Below, piece by piece: positions 52,461 to 64,000 of a stretch of 64,000 nucleotides of DNA. The notes beneath the pieces are model-generated. The model saw nothing but the letters and a program-made list of their open reading frames with translations, was not told where the DNA came from and made no database searches. Within the stretch, counting starts at the first letter, position 1; each line of letters begins with the position of its first letter. Origin of the DNA: Anolis carolinensis (Eukaryota); assembly GCF_035594765.1 (NCBI RefSeq), contig NC_085842.1:22544782-22608781 (forward strand), read 5' to 3'. Both the position numbers and the translations under genes were made by a program.

Positions 52461-53158
52461 TTATAGTGAACCTGTGAGTACTTCCTGCTGCTCGCCTGGC
52501 GATGAGCTCTCAGTCATAGCTTCTCCATTCTCAAGGCCTTTGTAGGTAGGGTTTCCAACCAAGTGGATTCTCTGGTGTTTGGTCAAATAGGGTCTCCACC
52601 GGAAGCTCTCCCCACACTGGAGGCACTTGTATGGTTTCTCCCCCGTGTGGATCCTCAAATGTTCGGTAAGAGTGGAGCGGCGATTGAAGCTCCGTCCACA
52701 TTTGGGACATTCGTAAGGCTTCTCCCCTGTATGAATCCTCCGATGGGCACTCAAGTGGGAGCTCTGGATGAAGCGTTTCCCACACGCCAGGCACTCGTAG
52801 GGCTTCTCTCCCGTGTGAGTCCGCCAGTGCAGCAAAAACTCAGATTTGCAGTGGAACCACCGGTCACACTCAGGACACATCAGCTTCTTCCGGCCCACGT
52901 GGAACATGCTGCGCTTCGAATTGGCTGCTCTCAAGTGCCTGGGCGGTTCGCGCCACATATGCCCCGGTTGGGGATCCCATTGCCTTTGTAGACCGCGTCG
53001 CATCTCAGCGTTTAAAGGCACGGTCCCCGGGGGGGCCGCCAGCAAAGTCCAACGGGGTTCTGCTTGCCCTGAAATGTCAGTCTCAGGGATCTCCTCTTTG
53101 ATCTCCCTCACAATCACTTCGCTTGCTGGAATGGAGGGAATCAAGGAGAGCTCATTCC
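52461..53158 (-). CDS. Gene D zinc-finger exon I (4 C2H2 fingers + degenerate fifth)
   Basis: TTTCTCTTCCAG|GG phase-1 acceptor; 4 C2H2 fingers; in frame with KRAB-B. Confidence 0.9.
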
Positions 53159-54074
53159 CTGGAAGAGAAAGGATGGAGAAGGATATGAATCGTAGATTTG
53201 GAAAGACACCAAGGGCCATCCAGGCCTACCCCATTTTGCCATGCAGGAAGACACAATCCAAGCACTCTTAACAGATGATGGCCATCCAGCCTCTGCTTAA
53301 AAATCCCCAGAAAAGGAGACTTCATCACCCTCTGCACTGCCATATAATCCAGATGATCAAAGCAGGAGGTTGATACGAATTCAGTTTTTTTTCAGGTCAG
53401 GAGTGACTTGAGAAACTGCAAGTCGCTTATTGTGTGAGAGAATTGGCCTTCTGCAAGGACATTGCCCAGATGTTTTTACCATCCTGTGCGTGGCTTCTCT
53501 CATGTCCCCACATGAGAAGCTGGAGCTGACAAATGAGAGCTCATTTATTTATTTATTTACAGTATTTATATTCCGCCCTTCTCACCCCGAAGGGGACTCA
53601 GGGCGGATCACATTACACATATAAGGCAAACATTCAATGCCTAAACATAGAACAAAGACAAACGCAGGCTCCGAGCTGGCCTTGAACTCATGACCTCTTG
53701 GTTAGAGTGATTTGTTGCAGCTGGCTGCAGCTGGCTGCTTACCAGCCTGCGCCACAGCCCGGGCCCTGGATTCGAACCTCTAACCTTTCAGGCAGCAGTC
53801 CTGCTGGCACAAGGGTTCAACCCATTGCGCCACAAGGGACTCCATCAAAGCATATAACCCACATTATCTGCTTTGAACTGGAATATATGAGTCTACACTG
53901 TCATATATAAAACATATAAAAATTTGTTTTAAAGTTTTTATGTTGTAATTAATAGTTTTAATTGATTTTATGTACTGTGTAATTTTGATCTTGTGTAGGC
54001 ATCGAATTACTGCCATTGTTGTAAGCTGCCCTGAGTCCATTCGGGTGAGAAGGGCGGGATATAAATGTTGGAAA

Positions 54075-54105
<31 letters not shown>

Positions 54106-55152
54106 ATAGATCTATTTCAAAGCAGATAATCTGGATTTAATATGGCTATGTAGAAGTGGCCTTCATCACACTCCCAGTCATTCCAGTCAAACAGCTCTTT
54201 TCACCGGGAAGTTCCTCCTAATGTTTAGGTGCAATCTCTTTTCCAAATATTAAACCCTTTTCTCTGTGTCCTAGTCTCTGAAGCTTGCTCCCATCTCAAT
54301 ATGACATCCTATCAGATATTTATCTGTCTCCTCTCAACCTTCTCTTATTCAAACTAAGCAGCTCCCTAAGCCGCTCCTCATAGGACTTGGCTTCCAGCTC
54401 TTTAACCTTCTTTGGTCTGTCAATATCCTTCTTGAATTGGTTACTTGATTCCAAAGAGATGGAGGTTGGAGTAAAGGCTTCCTTGTACAAGTCCCTATTC
54501 TAGACTTGGACACTTCTGAATTAGTGTGATTTATGTAAGGAGAGGAACGTATCAGTTTGGCTTTCACCCATGCTACAGGATCAAAGAATTGGAAGGAACC
54601 ACAAAGCCCATCTATTCCAAGTCACTATCATGCAGGAAAGCCAAATTCCATTTAAAGATATCCAAAGACCATCACTTTCCACGGCAGTCCCAACAAGTCT
54701 CTGGAGATGTCGAATAGACAATTTTTGAGAGACCTATAAATTATGCAATTTGTATCCACGGAGACCAGAAAACCATGGTAAATACTTTGTTTGGTTTCTT
54801 ATTTTAGTGTCTGTAGTTTTTAATTGGTCGTAAAAAATAATTAAAGGTAATTTTAAAAAACCAAAACAGGATCAGCCAAAGGATGTGGACTTGCAAATAT
54901 CTTCTACTGTTGGCTCCAATCAGTGGCTATGGAAAGGAGATAATTAATTAAAGCATGGGTGGGTAAAGCATTGGACTGCAATTCCCAGCACTCCTCATGT
55001 ATGCTGGCAAAGGCAGATGGGAGCTGCAGTCCAATAACAGGTTTGTAGATCTAGCTTGAAATGGATCATTGCTTAGTTTTGCAGCCTTCTGATACAACTG
55101 TATTTGCACCTTAGCCTTGAATAAATACTTCTGTTTGTGAGTTTTCTCTTAC

Positions 55153-55266
55153 CTTCACAAAGGTTTATGGGGATCTTCTTGCCCTCTGTTGTTGGAAGAT
55201 TTGAGATCCATGGTTCCTCCCCTCGTTCCAACCGGGAAATCAGCTCAGGTTTAGGGATGGGAACGG
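55153..55266 (-). CDS. Gene D KRAB-B exon
   Basis: CCTTAG|...GAAG|GTAAGA, phase 1 to 1; encodes VPIPKPELISRLERGEEPW. Confidence 0.92.
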
Positions 55267-57021
55267 CTAAGGTTGTCCATAAATACAAACAAGGAAAAAG
55301 TTAAACATACTCTAAAATAAATGATCACCAGAAATTTTTTCTTGATTAATTTTTTTCAGGTTTTGTTACTGCAGAAAAACAGGGTGAATGACAAACAGCT
55401 GATAGGCACAAGGAGCTTAGGGACATCCAAGCAGAGAGAGGAATTCCCCATGGCTGAATCTGCAAAGCTTCTTGGAACTCCTTAAAGTACAAGGAGGCAA
55501 AGTTGGATTCCTGTGACCTTCTTTGGAAAGTACTAGGAGAGGAAATTCACTTTTAATCACTTTGCCTGCTTTGTGTGCATTGGGGGGGGGGGGGGGAATA
55601 AACAAAAAAATTGCACTTCTTAAGACTTCCTCTTTTGTTTGTGTTAAGAGATTTATACATGGGCATGCCTCTTTTTGGACAGGCACAAGGTTTATTCTGC
55701 AGCTCTTTGTGCCAGGCCAGCAAGGTTGGGTATATTAAGAGGAGATGATTGAGAAGGGACATGATATACACGTTTAAATATTGGATTATGACCTGTTAGG
55801 ATCATAACCTATTGGGGATTATGACCTATTATGGTAGGATCATAACTTATTGGGTAGCAGAGTTTCAGGAGTGCTCCTTTAGTTTATTGGGTAATGAAAG
55901 ATCACTGGGCGCATAAATATCTTGTTTCTATTTGATGCTCTCAGTAGACAAAGATTCAAGTAGACTTCTTCAAAAATAACATGTTTGTTTTACTCACAAC
56001 TTCATGTATTTAAATATACAGGCACATTTCTTATCATGTTAAGCTTTAAAATGTTTCCGTTTGTATTTTTAACTTATAGTCTTTAATAGTCTCTTCAAAA
56101 CTATATTGCTCTGCACAGTTCTCTTTTATAACAGTCAACTTCCAAGGAACTCAAGCCTCAACTGTCATCTAACTCCTAACACTGGCTTCTGTACTCAAAC
56201 AGACTCAAGCCTCAACTGTCTTCTAACTCCTAATACTGGCTTCTGCCCTCCAACAGACCCAAGCCCCAACTGTCATTTCTGTCATTCTTTTTTTTTTTTT
56301 AAACTGCATTGTAAACAGTTACTGAACCAGTCACATGGTCTGCAGCCCCTCCCACTGCTTCAAGTACAAAGAGCTAAGAAAACTGCAAACCAAAGAAGAC
56401 ATACACTTCAGGAAAATGTTATAACACATTACAAAGCAGACAAACACATTATAATATGACACAATATATTGCATTATAAAACAGACAAAACATTAAATAA
56501 AGGAGGCTTGAAAAGATTGCTATCGTCAACAAAATATAGGAGAGGATGTCATTGTATTATAATTGTATATTATATATTACATGTAATACAGTAGAGTCTC
56601 ATTTATCCAACACTCACTTATCCAACGTTCTGGATTATCCAACACATTTTTGTAGTCAATGTTTTCAATGCATTGTGATATTTTGGTGCTAAATTCGTAA
56701 ATACAGTAATTACTACATAGCATTAATGTGTAATGAACTACTTTTTCTGTCAAATTTGTTGTATAACATGTTTTGGTGCTTAATTTGTAAAATCATAACC
56801 TATTTTGATGTTTAATAGGCTTTTTCTTAATCTCTCCTTATTATCCAACATATTCGCTTATCCAATGTTCTGCCGGCCCATTTATGTTGGATAAGTGAGA
56901 CTCTACTGTATATAATGCTTATATTGTGCTATGCTAATAATATAATTTATTGTATGTACATATAACTTGTAAGTTGCCCTGAGTCCCCTTCGGAGTGAGA
57001 AGGGCGGGATATAAATGTCGC

Positions 57022-57055
<34 letters not shown>

Positions 57056-57453
57056 TGAGGAGGAGGCAAGCTCATTTTCTGTTCCTTCAAATACACACAT
57101 TGGAAGAAAGGGGATTTCATCTGAACATCAGGAAGAACTTCCTGATTGTAAGGGCTGTTCAATGGTGGTTTGCTATTGCAAAGTGCACTGAAGGCTCTTT
57201 CTTTGGAGGCTTTTAAACACAGGCTGGATAGCCATCTGTCTGGAGTGCTTTGATTGTGCTCTTCCTGCGTGACAGAAGTAGGTTGGACTGGATGGTCTCT
57301 GGGAAAGAAAAGGAGTGAAGTGGGATGGCTGCTACTAGGTAACATGTGTATGGTGGGAGGGAGGGAGAAAGAAAGAGCCACAAACCAAAAATGCAACCAT
57401 TGGCAACCCTAGGTAAATACACTAATCGTCACTAACAATTAAAGGAATCCTAC

Positions 57454-57583
57454 CTAAAGATGCCACGTTTTCGTAGTTCTCTTGCATGACATCCCAGTAC
57501 AGATCTCTCTGCTCTGCATCCAAAAGGTGCCACTCCTCTTCGGTGAAGTACACAGCCACCTCTTCAAAGGAGAATGGCGGTGC
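57454..57583 (-). CDS. Gene D KRAB-A exon (canonical)
   Basis: CCCCTTCCAG|...TTAG|GTAGGA. Manual translation: [43 protein letters not shown](G/A). This frame is not in the supplied ORF track. The upstream exon and start codon were not identified. Confidence 0.93.
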
Positions 57584-57812
57584 CTGGAAGGGGATGGAAA
57601 TAAAAGATTTGCTTCACCACTCTTTCCTCTCGATTTTGCTTCATTTGTTAACTTTGATAATGACATTAAAATGGAACAAAATCACCGTTCCCAATCTGTT
57701 CTCTACCTGAACTGGCTCCGCCGTCATCATCTCTCTCCCTCCAGGAGGAGGGAACGTTCCAAAGAGAAACACACACATCATTTTGCCAAACCTGTTGGGG
57801 AGAAAATGTCAA

Positions 57813-58098
57813 TCTATATATATAAAAGAGTGATGGAATCAGGGCACCGGACAAAACAACAAAACTACAGGCCCCCCAACCTCGAAATTTGACAACACAA
57901 CCCATCATCCACGGCTCTAGGTTTGATACAACAAAAACAAAAGAAAAATAAAGTCCTAATTAGAGGGAGAGCAATAATTGTTTTTATCCAATTGCTGCCA
58001 GTTAGAGGGCTAAGCTCTGCCCAACCACCACTACCTCAACAATTTCTCACCAACACCACCAGACAACGCCACAGCAACGCGTGGCCGGGCACAGCTAG
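57813..58098 (+). mobile_element. Non-autonomous Helitron (same family)
   Basis: A|TCTATATATATAAAAGAG...GGCCGGGCACAGCTAG|T. Confidence 0.88.
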
Positions 58099-58213
58099 TA
58101 ACAAATAACTTATTTCAGTCTCATCCTTTAAAGAAAGTTCTGTCTCATGTAAAAGAAATCAACATCCCCACCCTCTCCAATGCATTTATATTCACAGCCA
58201 CTTGGAGTCTTTG

Positions 58214-58878
58214 GGTTGCTGTGAGTTTTCCGGGCTGTATGGCCATGCTCCAGAAGCATTCTCTCCTGATGTTTAACCCACATCGATGGCAGGCATCCTC
58301 AGAGGTTGTGAGGTCTTGTTGAAGACTTTCATGGCCGGAATCACTGGGTTGTTGTGGGTTTGTTATGAGGTTTGTTGGAAACTAGGCAAGTGGGGTTTAT
58401 ATATCTCATTTTGAAATCCACAAGCGTGTGGACAATTTCAACAGAAAGGAGGAAACCATGAAAGTGAACTAAATCTGGCTCCCAGTATTAAAAAACTCTA
58501 AAATCAGGATAGTAAACAAAGAACTATACTCAAAAATGGGAATTCCAGACATGAAACAATCAGGGCCAGCTAATCACCTCCCAACAAAAGCAGAAAGCAG
58601 TCAAGCTTTGAAGCTGCAAGGCTATTCAATGCTAATAAAGATGGCCAATTGCAACATTCACACTTGCCTGAAACAGACATGACTTCTTTTTCCCAACCTG
58701 GACCTTCCACAGATATATAAACCCAACTTGCCTAATTTCTAACAGACCTCACAACCTCTGAGGATGCCTGCCATAGACATGGGCAAAATGTCAGGAGGGA
58801 ATGCTTCTGGAACATGGCCATTCAGCCTGGAAAACTCACAGCAACCCAGTGATTCCGGCCATGACAGCCTTCGACAAT
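58214..58878. mobile_element. Penelope-like remnant (inverted)
   Basis: Same terminal repeat in both orientations. Further fragments at ~7435-7785, 15557-16377, 35544-35632, 40582-40690, 49419-49506 and 61500-61632. Confidence 0.75.
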
Positions 58879-59240
58879 ACAGAAATAGGACATTTAACTA
58901 GGGGGTGAAACTGAATAGTGTTTTGGGGAATTAATCTGTACTGCATCACATTGAGTCTCATAAAGCTTTTTACTACCAGGAGAGAATAAAGAAACCCCCA
59001 ATCAATAGCTGAGGTACATCTGCACTGTAGGATTAACACAGTTTGACCCCACTTGAACTGTCCTGGCTCAATCCTATAGAACCAAGGAAGTTGGGGTTTT
59101 ACAAAGTTTTTAGACTTCTCTGCCAAAGATTGCTGGGGCCTCACCAAACTATAAATCCCAGGGTTCCATAGCATTGAGCCTTGCCAGTTCAAAGTGGTGT
59201 CAAACTGCATTCATTCCACAGTGTAGATGCTTCCTTTGTG

Positions 59241-59410
59241 CCCTTGAATTTCATAGGGGTTTTCTTAGGCAAGGAAGACACAGAGGTGGCCTTGCCAGTC
59301 CCAGAGCCCACCGTACCTGGGGATTCCCTGGTGGTCTCCCATCCAAGTCCCAGCCAGGGCTGGCCCTGCTTAGCACCCAGGATCAGGCCAGCTCCGGAGC
59401 CTCTCGGCGC
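59241..59410 (-). mobile_element. 5S rRNA-derived SINE
   Basis: Minus strand GCTAAGCAGGGCCAGCCCTGGCTGGGACTTGGATGGGAGACCACCAGGGAATCCCCAGG plus a tail like the 44505 copy. Confidence 0.7.
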
Positions 59411-59721
59411 ATGTCTTGTCCACACTGGATGCCAAATCCGACCCTGGGACTCTCAGCTCTCCTCCATCATCTCCATAGACGCCGCTGGGCCGGATCTGGC
59501 AGCATTTGCCCTGGGAAGCTCAGCCTCCAGTGGAGGGAAAAGAAGAAAGAAAGAGAGGAGCTTTCAGCAGCTGCTCCTTTTCCAAGGCCCAAACCAGGGC
59601 CCTCTTGTGGCCAGGCTGGGTGCATCCACAATGTAGAATTGGATTCCATCTGCACTGAGCATTTAATCCAGTTTCAAACCGATATTGGGAAAAAGCGTTT
59701 TTGCTGTGCAGGTAGAGAGGC

Positions 59722-61256
59722 AAATCTCACAAAATTTCGCATCTGATGTACATGGATGACCTGAAGCTGTATGGGAAAACGGAAACTGAAATCCAGTCTC
59801 TGACTAACACTGTCCGAAGTTTTAGCACTGATATCAGCATGGGAAAAATCATTGAAAGTGAGAGCATAAATATGCCTAATGGCCAAACGATAAAGTGTCA
59901 CCAACCAGAGGCCTATAAATATCTGGGCATATTACAGCTGGACAACATCAAGCATGAACATGTGAAAACTGGTCAGCAAAGAATACACACAAAGGGTCAG
60001 AAAAATTCTCAAAAGCAAGCCCAATGGAGGCAACACCATCAAGGCCATAAACACCTGGGCCATACCTGTCATAAGATATACTGCTGGCATCATACACTGG
60101 ACACAGATGGAACTGGACAATTTGGACAGAAAACCAAGAAAACTCATGACCATTCATCATTCACTGCACCCTCGCAGTGATGTTGACCGGCTCTATCTGC
60201 CTAGAAGATCAGGGGGCAGAGGACTCTTACAAGTAAAACAAGCAGTCAAAGAAGAAGAACATGCCCTGGCAGAATATGTAAAGCAAAGTGAAGAACCTGC
60301 TTTGATTGAAGTCAAAAATCAGAAACTCCTCAAAGCACAGCAGACAAAAAACCAGTACAAGAAAACCGCACTACAAACTAGAGCCAACAGCTGGCACGAC
60401 AAAACATTGCATGGAAAGTTCCTTGACAAAATTGAAGGAAAAGCTGATAAGGAGAAGACCTGGCTCTGGCTCACAAATGGGACCCTGAAGAAGGAGACAG
60501 AAGGCCTGATCCTTGCAGCCCAGGAGCAAGCCATCAGAGCAAAAGCAATTAAGGCCAAGATCGAAAAATCAGCTGATGACCCAAAATGCAGACTGTGCAA
60601 GGAAGCTGACGAAACCATTGATCATATCCTCAGCTGCTGTAAGAAAATCGCACAGACTACAAACAGAGGCACAACTGTGTGGCCCAAATGATTCATTGGA
60701 ACTTATGCCTCAAGTACCACCTCCCAGCAGCAAAGAACTGGTGGGATCACAAACCTGCAAAAGTATTGGAAAATGAGCACGCAAAGATACTGTGGGACGT
60801 CCGAATCCAGACTGACAAATTTCTGGAACACAACACACCAGACATCACAGTTGTGGAAAAGAAAAGGGTTTGGATCATTGAGGTTGCCATCCCAGGTGAC
60901 AGCTGTATTGACGAAAAACAACAGGAAAAACTCAGCCGCTATCAGGACCTCAGGATCGAACTTCAAAGACTCTGGCAGAAACCAGTAAAGGTGGTCCCGG
61001 TGGTGATCGGCACATTGGGTGCCGTGCCAAAAGATCTCAGCCAGCATTTGGAAACAATAGACATTGACAAAATTACAATTTGTCAACTGCAAAAGGCCAC
61101 CCTACTGGGATCTGCATGCATCATCCGAAAATACATCACACAGTCCTAGACACTTGGGAAGTCTTCGACTTGTGATTTTGTGATACGAAATTCAGCATAT
61201 CTTTCTAGTTTGCTGTCATACTATGTCGTTCTGTCAATAATAATAATAATAATAAT
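59722..61256 (+). mobile_element. 5'-truncated R4/Dong copy with indels
   Basis: Matches 11087-12650 from just upstream of YMDD to the 3' UTR; (TAA)n tail; small deletions break the ORF. Confidence 0.92.
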
Positions 61257-61700
61257 GATGATGATGATTCTTGCAGCCCAAGAATAAGCAATTAGAACAA
61301 ATGCCATCAAAGCCAGAACTGAAAAGTCGACGTGAAGTAGTGAGGGAACACTGTACCATTGTTCTGTTGATCTCTTGGACTTAGTAAAAGTTTCTGTGTT
61401 ATTTGCTCTGCAACGCTGAGTGGTGCATCATTCTGCAGGGTGACTCTGGGTTCATGGGCACACGTAAGAGCTTCTGTCTATCATCCACAATCCCCAACAA
61501 ACCCGACTTGCCTAGTTTCCAACAAGACCTCACAGCCGCTGAGGATGCCTGCCATAGATGTGGGAGAAAAGTCAGGAGAGAATGCTTCTGGAACATGGCC
61601 AGACAGCCTGGAAAACTCGCAGTCAGCAACCCAAAACAAAGCACCTTCTCCAATCCAATTGCTCTCCACAGAGATTGCAATACAGTCCTTGGTGTGTATC

Positions 61701-62098
61701 TGTTAATGTGGGATTTGTGTATTGGTAGTGTTTAAATGAAATTTGTGTCTTGCCTGTCTTGCATACTGATTGCATCATCCAGAGTGGACTATAGTCTGGA
61801 AAGAGTTAATTACTAAGAAGCTGTGATGACCTTGATGTGTGGCTGGAACCAAGGAGTGTCCAGACACAAGTGTTTGTACATTAATGATTGCGTTCTGTTC
61901 CGAGTTGAGTCGAGTGCTGTCTACCTAGGTGTTGAGTCAAGTCCTGTGTTTGTCTTTTGTCTGCAAGCTTGTTTGTCTTGATTATTACTGAAGTCAGTAA
62001 AACTTCGTATATAGTTTTACCAAAGTCTCTGGGTGTCACTTCGTTCTGCGTTCCACTGATTCCATCCAACTACTGCTGCGCTGCAAATTACTCTGACA
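61701..62098 (+). mobile_element. Solo LTR (~400 bp)
   Basis: TG...CA termini, 5-bp target duplication GTATC. Confidence 0.8.
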
Positions 62099-62344
62099 GT
62101 ATCCACACTGTAGATTTAATGCAATGCTCTAGGCTCGATGCTCTAGGACAGTGATGGCCAACCTATGACACGCGTGTCAGCACTGACACGCCTAGCCATT
62201 TTTGCTGACACGCTGCCGCATGCAGATTGATTGGATGACTAATGTCTTTTGTGGCCAAATTTGGTGTGATTTGGCCCAGTGGTTTTGTTGTTTACTCCAT
62301 GGGAATTATGCACATTACAGTTAGGGGTAATGAAATTTCGGCCT

Positions 62345-63213
62345 AGAACAAAACAACAAAACTACACATCCCAGAAACACTAAACTTAGCAGCACAACCC
62401 CTCATCCATGCCTCTACGTTCATACAACAAAAACAAAATAAAAATAAAAGTCCTAATTAGAGGGAGAGGAAGAATTGTTTTTATCCAATTGCTGCCAGTT
62501 AGAAGGCTAAGCTCTGTCAGGGGAAAACCTTTACCCTTTACCGTAACTACCACCAATACCTCAATACTTTATTTCCCATACCACCATACTTCGCCACAGC
62601 AACGCGTGGCCGGGCACAGCTAGTATATATATAAAATCATTATATTATTATTCTATTATTATTGTAGTATATTATTATATTATTACTATTATATTATTAT
62701 TATATTATTCATTTTTCATGACTACATTGAAACTACAATAGAGAGAAATCAGCGTGGAAACTGCAAGAGGTACCATAGATTGTTGTACATGGAAATAATG
62801 GCAGTAAACAGTTTTTGATTTATTAAATACAGTTATATATTACAACTAGCTGTGCCCGGCCACGCATTGCTGTGGCATTGTCTGGTGGTGTTGGTAAGAA
62901 ATTGTTGAGGTAGTGGTGGTATTGAATGTCTGTTGTATGGTTGTCTTTAGGTTTAGTATGCACACTGAAGTGGATTATATGGCAGTGTGGAGTCAAGATA
63001 ATCCAGTTCAAAGCAGATAATATAAGATTCTAAATGGGTTATATAGATGTGGAAGGGCCTTGAGTCTACACTGTCATATAATCCAGTTAAAATCTGATAA
63101 TCTGTGGAAGAGGCCTAAGTGAGGCCTAACCGTGCCTGTGCCCTGGGCTGAGTAGGTTGATAGGAGACCAAGTGGGCGGAGCTTAGCCTTCTAAATGGCA
63201 GCAATTGGATAAA
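62345..63213. mobile_element. Two Helitron-family 3' portions facing each other (+ copy ends 62623; - copy ends 62846)
   Basis: Same hairpin and CTAG termini; 5' limits approximate. Confidence 0.7.
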
Positions 63214-63260
63214 AAGGGTGTCAAAGGGTTAAAGGGGTGTCAAGCTGCATCAGTTCTGTT

Positions 63261-63529
63261 GTCGAAGGCTTTCATGGCTGGGATCACAGGGTTGTTGTAT
63301 GTTTTCCGGGCTGTATGGCCATGTTCCAGAAGCATTCTCTCCTGACGTTTCGCCCACATCTATGGCAGGCATCCTCAGAGGTTGTGAGGTTTATATATAT
63401 CTGTGCAAGGGTGGGAGGAAGAAACAATACCTCACCACCTCTGAGGATGCCTGCCATAGATGTGGGAGAAATGTCAGGAGAGAATGCTTCTGGAACATGG
63501 CCATACAGCCCGGAAAACACACAGCAATC
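63261..63529. mobile_element. Penelope-like remnant, inverted arrangement
   Basis: Same repeat family; flanked by the near-direct repeat CTGCATCA(G/A)TTCTGTT. Confidence 0.8.
63341..63381 (-). ncRNA. Minimal type-I hammerhead ribozyme motif in a Penelope terminal repeat
   Basis: Minus strand reads CCT CTGAGGA T GCCTGC CATAGAT GTGGGC GAAAC GTC AGG: intact CUGANGA/GAAA/GUC core with palindromic ACGT helix III. Confidence 0.75.
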
Positions 63530-64000
63530 CTGCATCAATTCTGTTTCCTCTGGAGGGCGCAACCTGCTTTGCTTGGGCAGGAAGCCTTGCAAAGGGTTAA
63601 GCCTAGAGAGGTGCCTGCTTTGCTAGAAAGGCCCGGGACTTGGCCAGGCTTTTTAGGGGAGGACTTAAATACTGGATGCACCTTCCTGTCCTGCTTTTCT
63701 CTACCCCGAGGGGAAAGAAAATCGCCTTTCGGATTTCCCAATTCTATTTCTTGCAAGGTGCAACTGATCCCATGCAAGAGGTTGTTGCAAAAAAGGTGAG
63801 TTGATTTTGCAAAGCAAGAGGATTTTTGCAGCTCTGGTTGGGAGGTAAAAAAAAAGAGGAAGAAAAAAATTGCAACTGGGAAGGAAGGAGAGATTTTGGA
63901 TCTCTTTAAAAAAATATTAGTTGTATCCTCATGTTTAATTTTTAAGGGTAAGAAATTCCCAGGGGTGATAATGTTGCAAGAGGAAAGCAGGGTTGCTAAC

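Noticed and set aside
3166-57583. Assigning human gene symbols to genes A-D
   Set aside because: Orthology within this lineage-expanded family cannot be judged without phylogenetic analysis.
59317-59530. Candidate first coding exon of gene D (donor CCAG|GTACGG inside the 5S SINE)
   Set aside because: The phase-0 frame needed to join KRAB-A contains a stop and no following ATG. It could be non-coding; not supportable here.

Overview
Eukaryotic, vertebrate DNA. The repeat content (Sauria SINEs, Penelope, L2/CR1 3' ends, R4/Dong, Helitron/hAT/Tc-mariner/Harbinger MITEs) indicates a squamate, probably an Anolis lizard; this is an inference. The window holds a SCAN/KRAB zinc-finger cluster of four genes, modelled from splice sites and codon phase. 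Gene A (-): SCAN, a degenerate KRAB-A-like exon and 11 C2H2 fingers. Gene B (-): the same layout with 10 fingers. Gene C (+): SCAN, an expanded KRAB-A-like exon and a terminal basic/coiled-coil/Pro-rich exon with no zinc fingers, resembling the C-terminus of Harbinger-type Myb/SANT proteins. Gene D (-): canonical KRAB A and B followed by two duplicated 4-finger exons and a possible third short exon; its 5' end was not found. A full-length R4/Dong-type retrotransposon with one frameshift sits in a (TAA)n tract. Its first 144 nt fold as an HDV-like ribozyme with a box C/D-like kink-turn. Penelope fragments carry minimal hammerhead motifs. The strongest leads are the finger-less chimeric gene C, the 5' ribozyme, the split or alternative finger exons of gene D, and the decay series of KRAB exons. 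Everything was read by eye; no searches were run.
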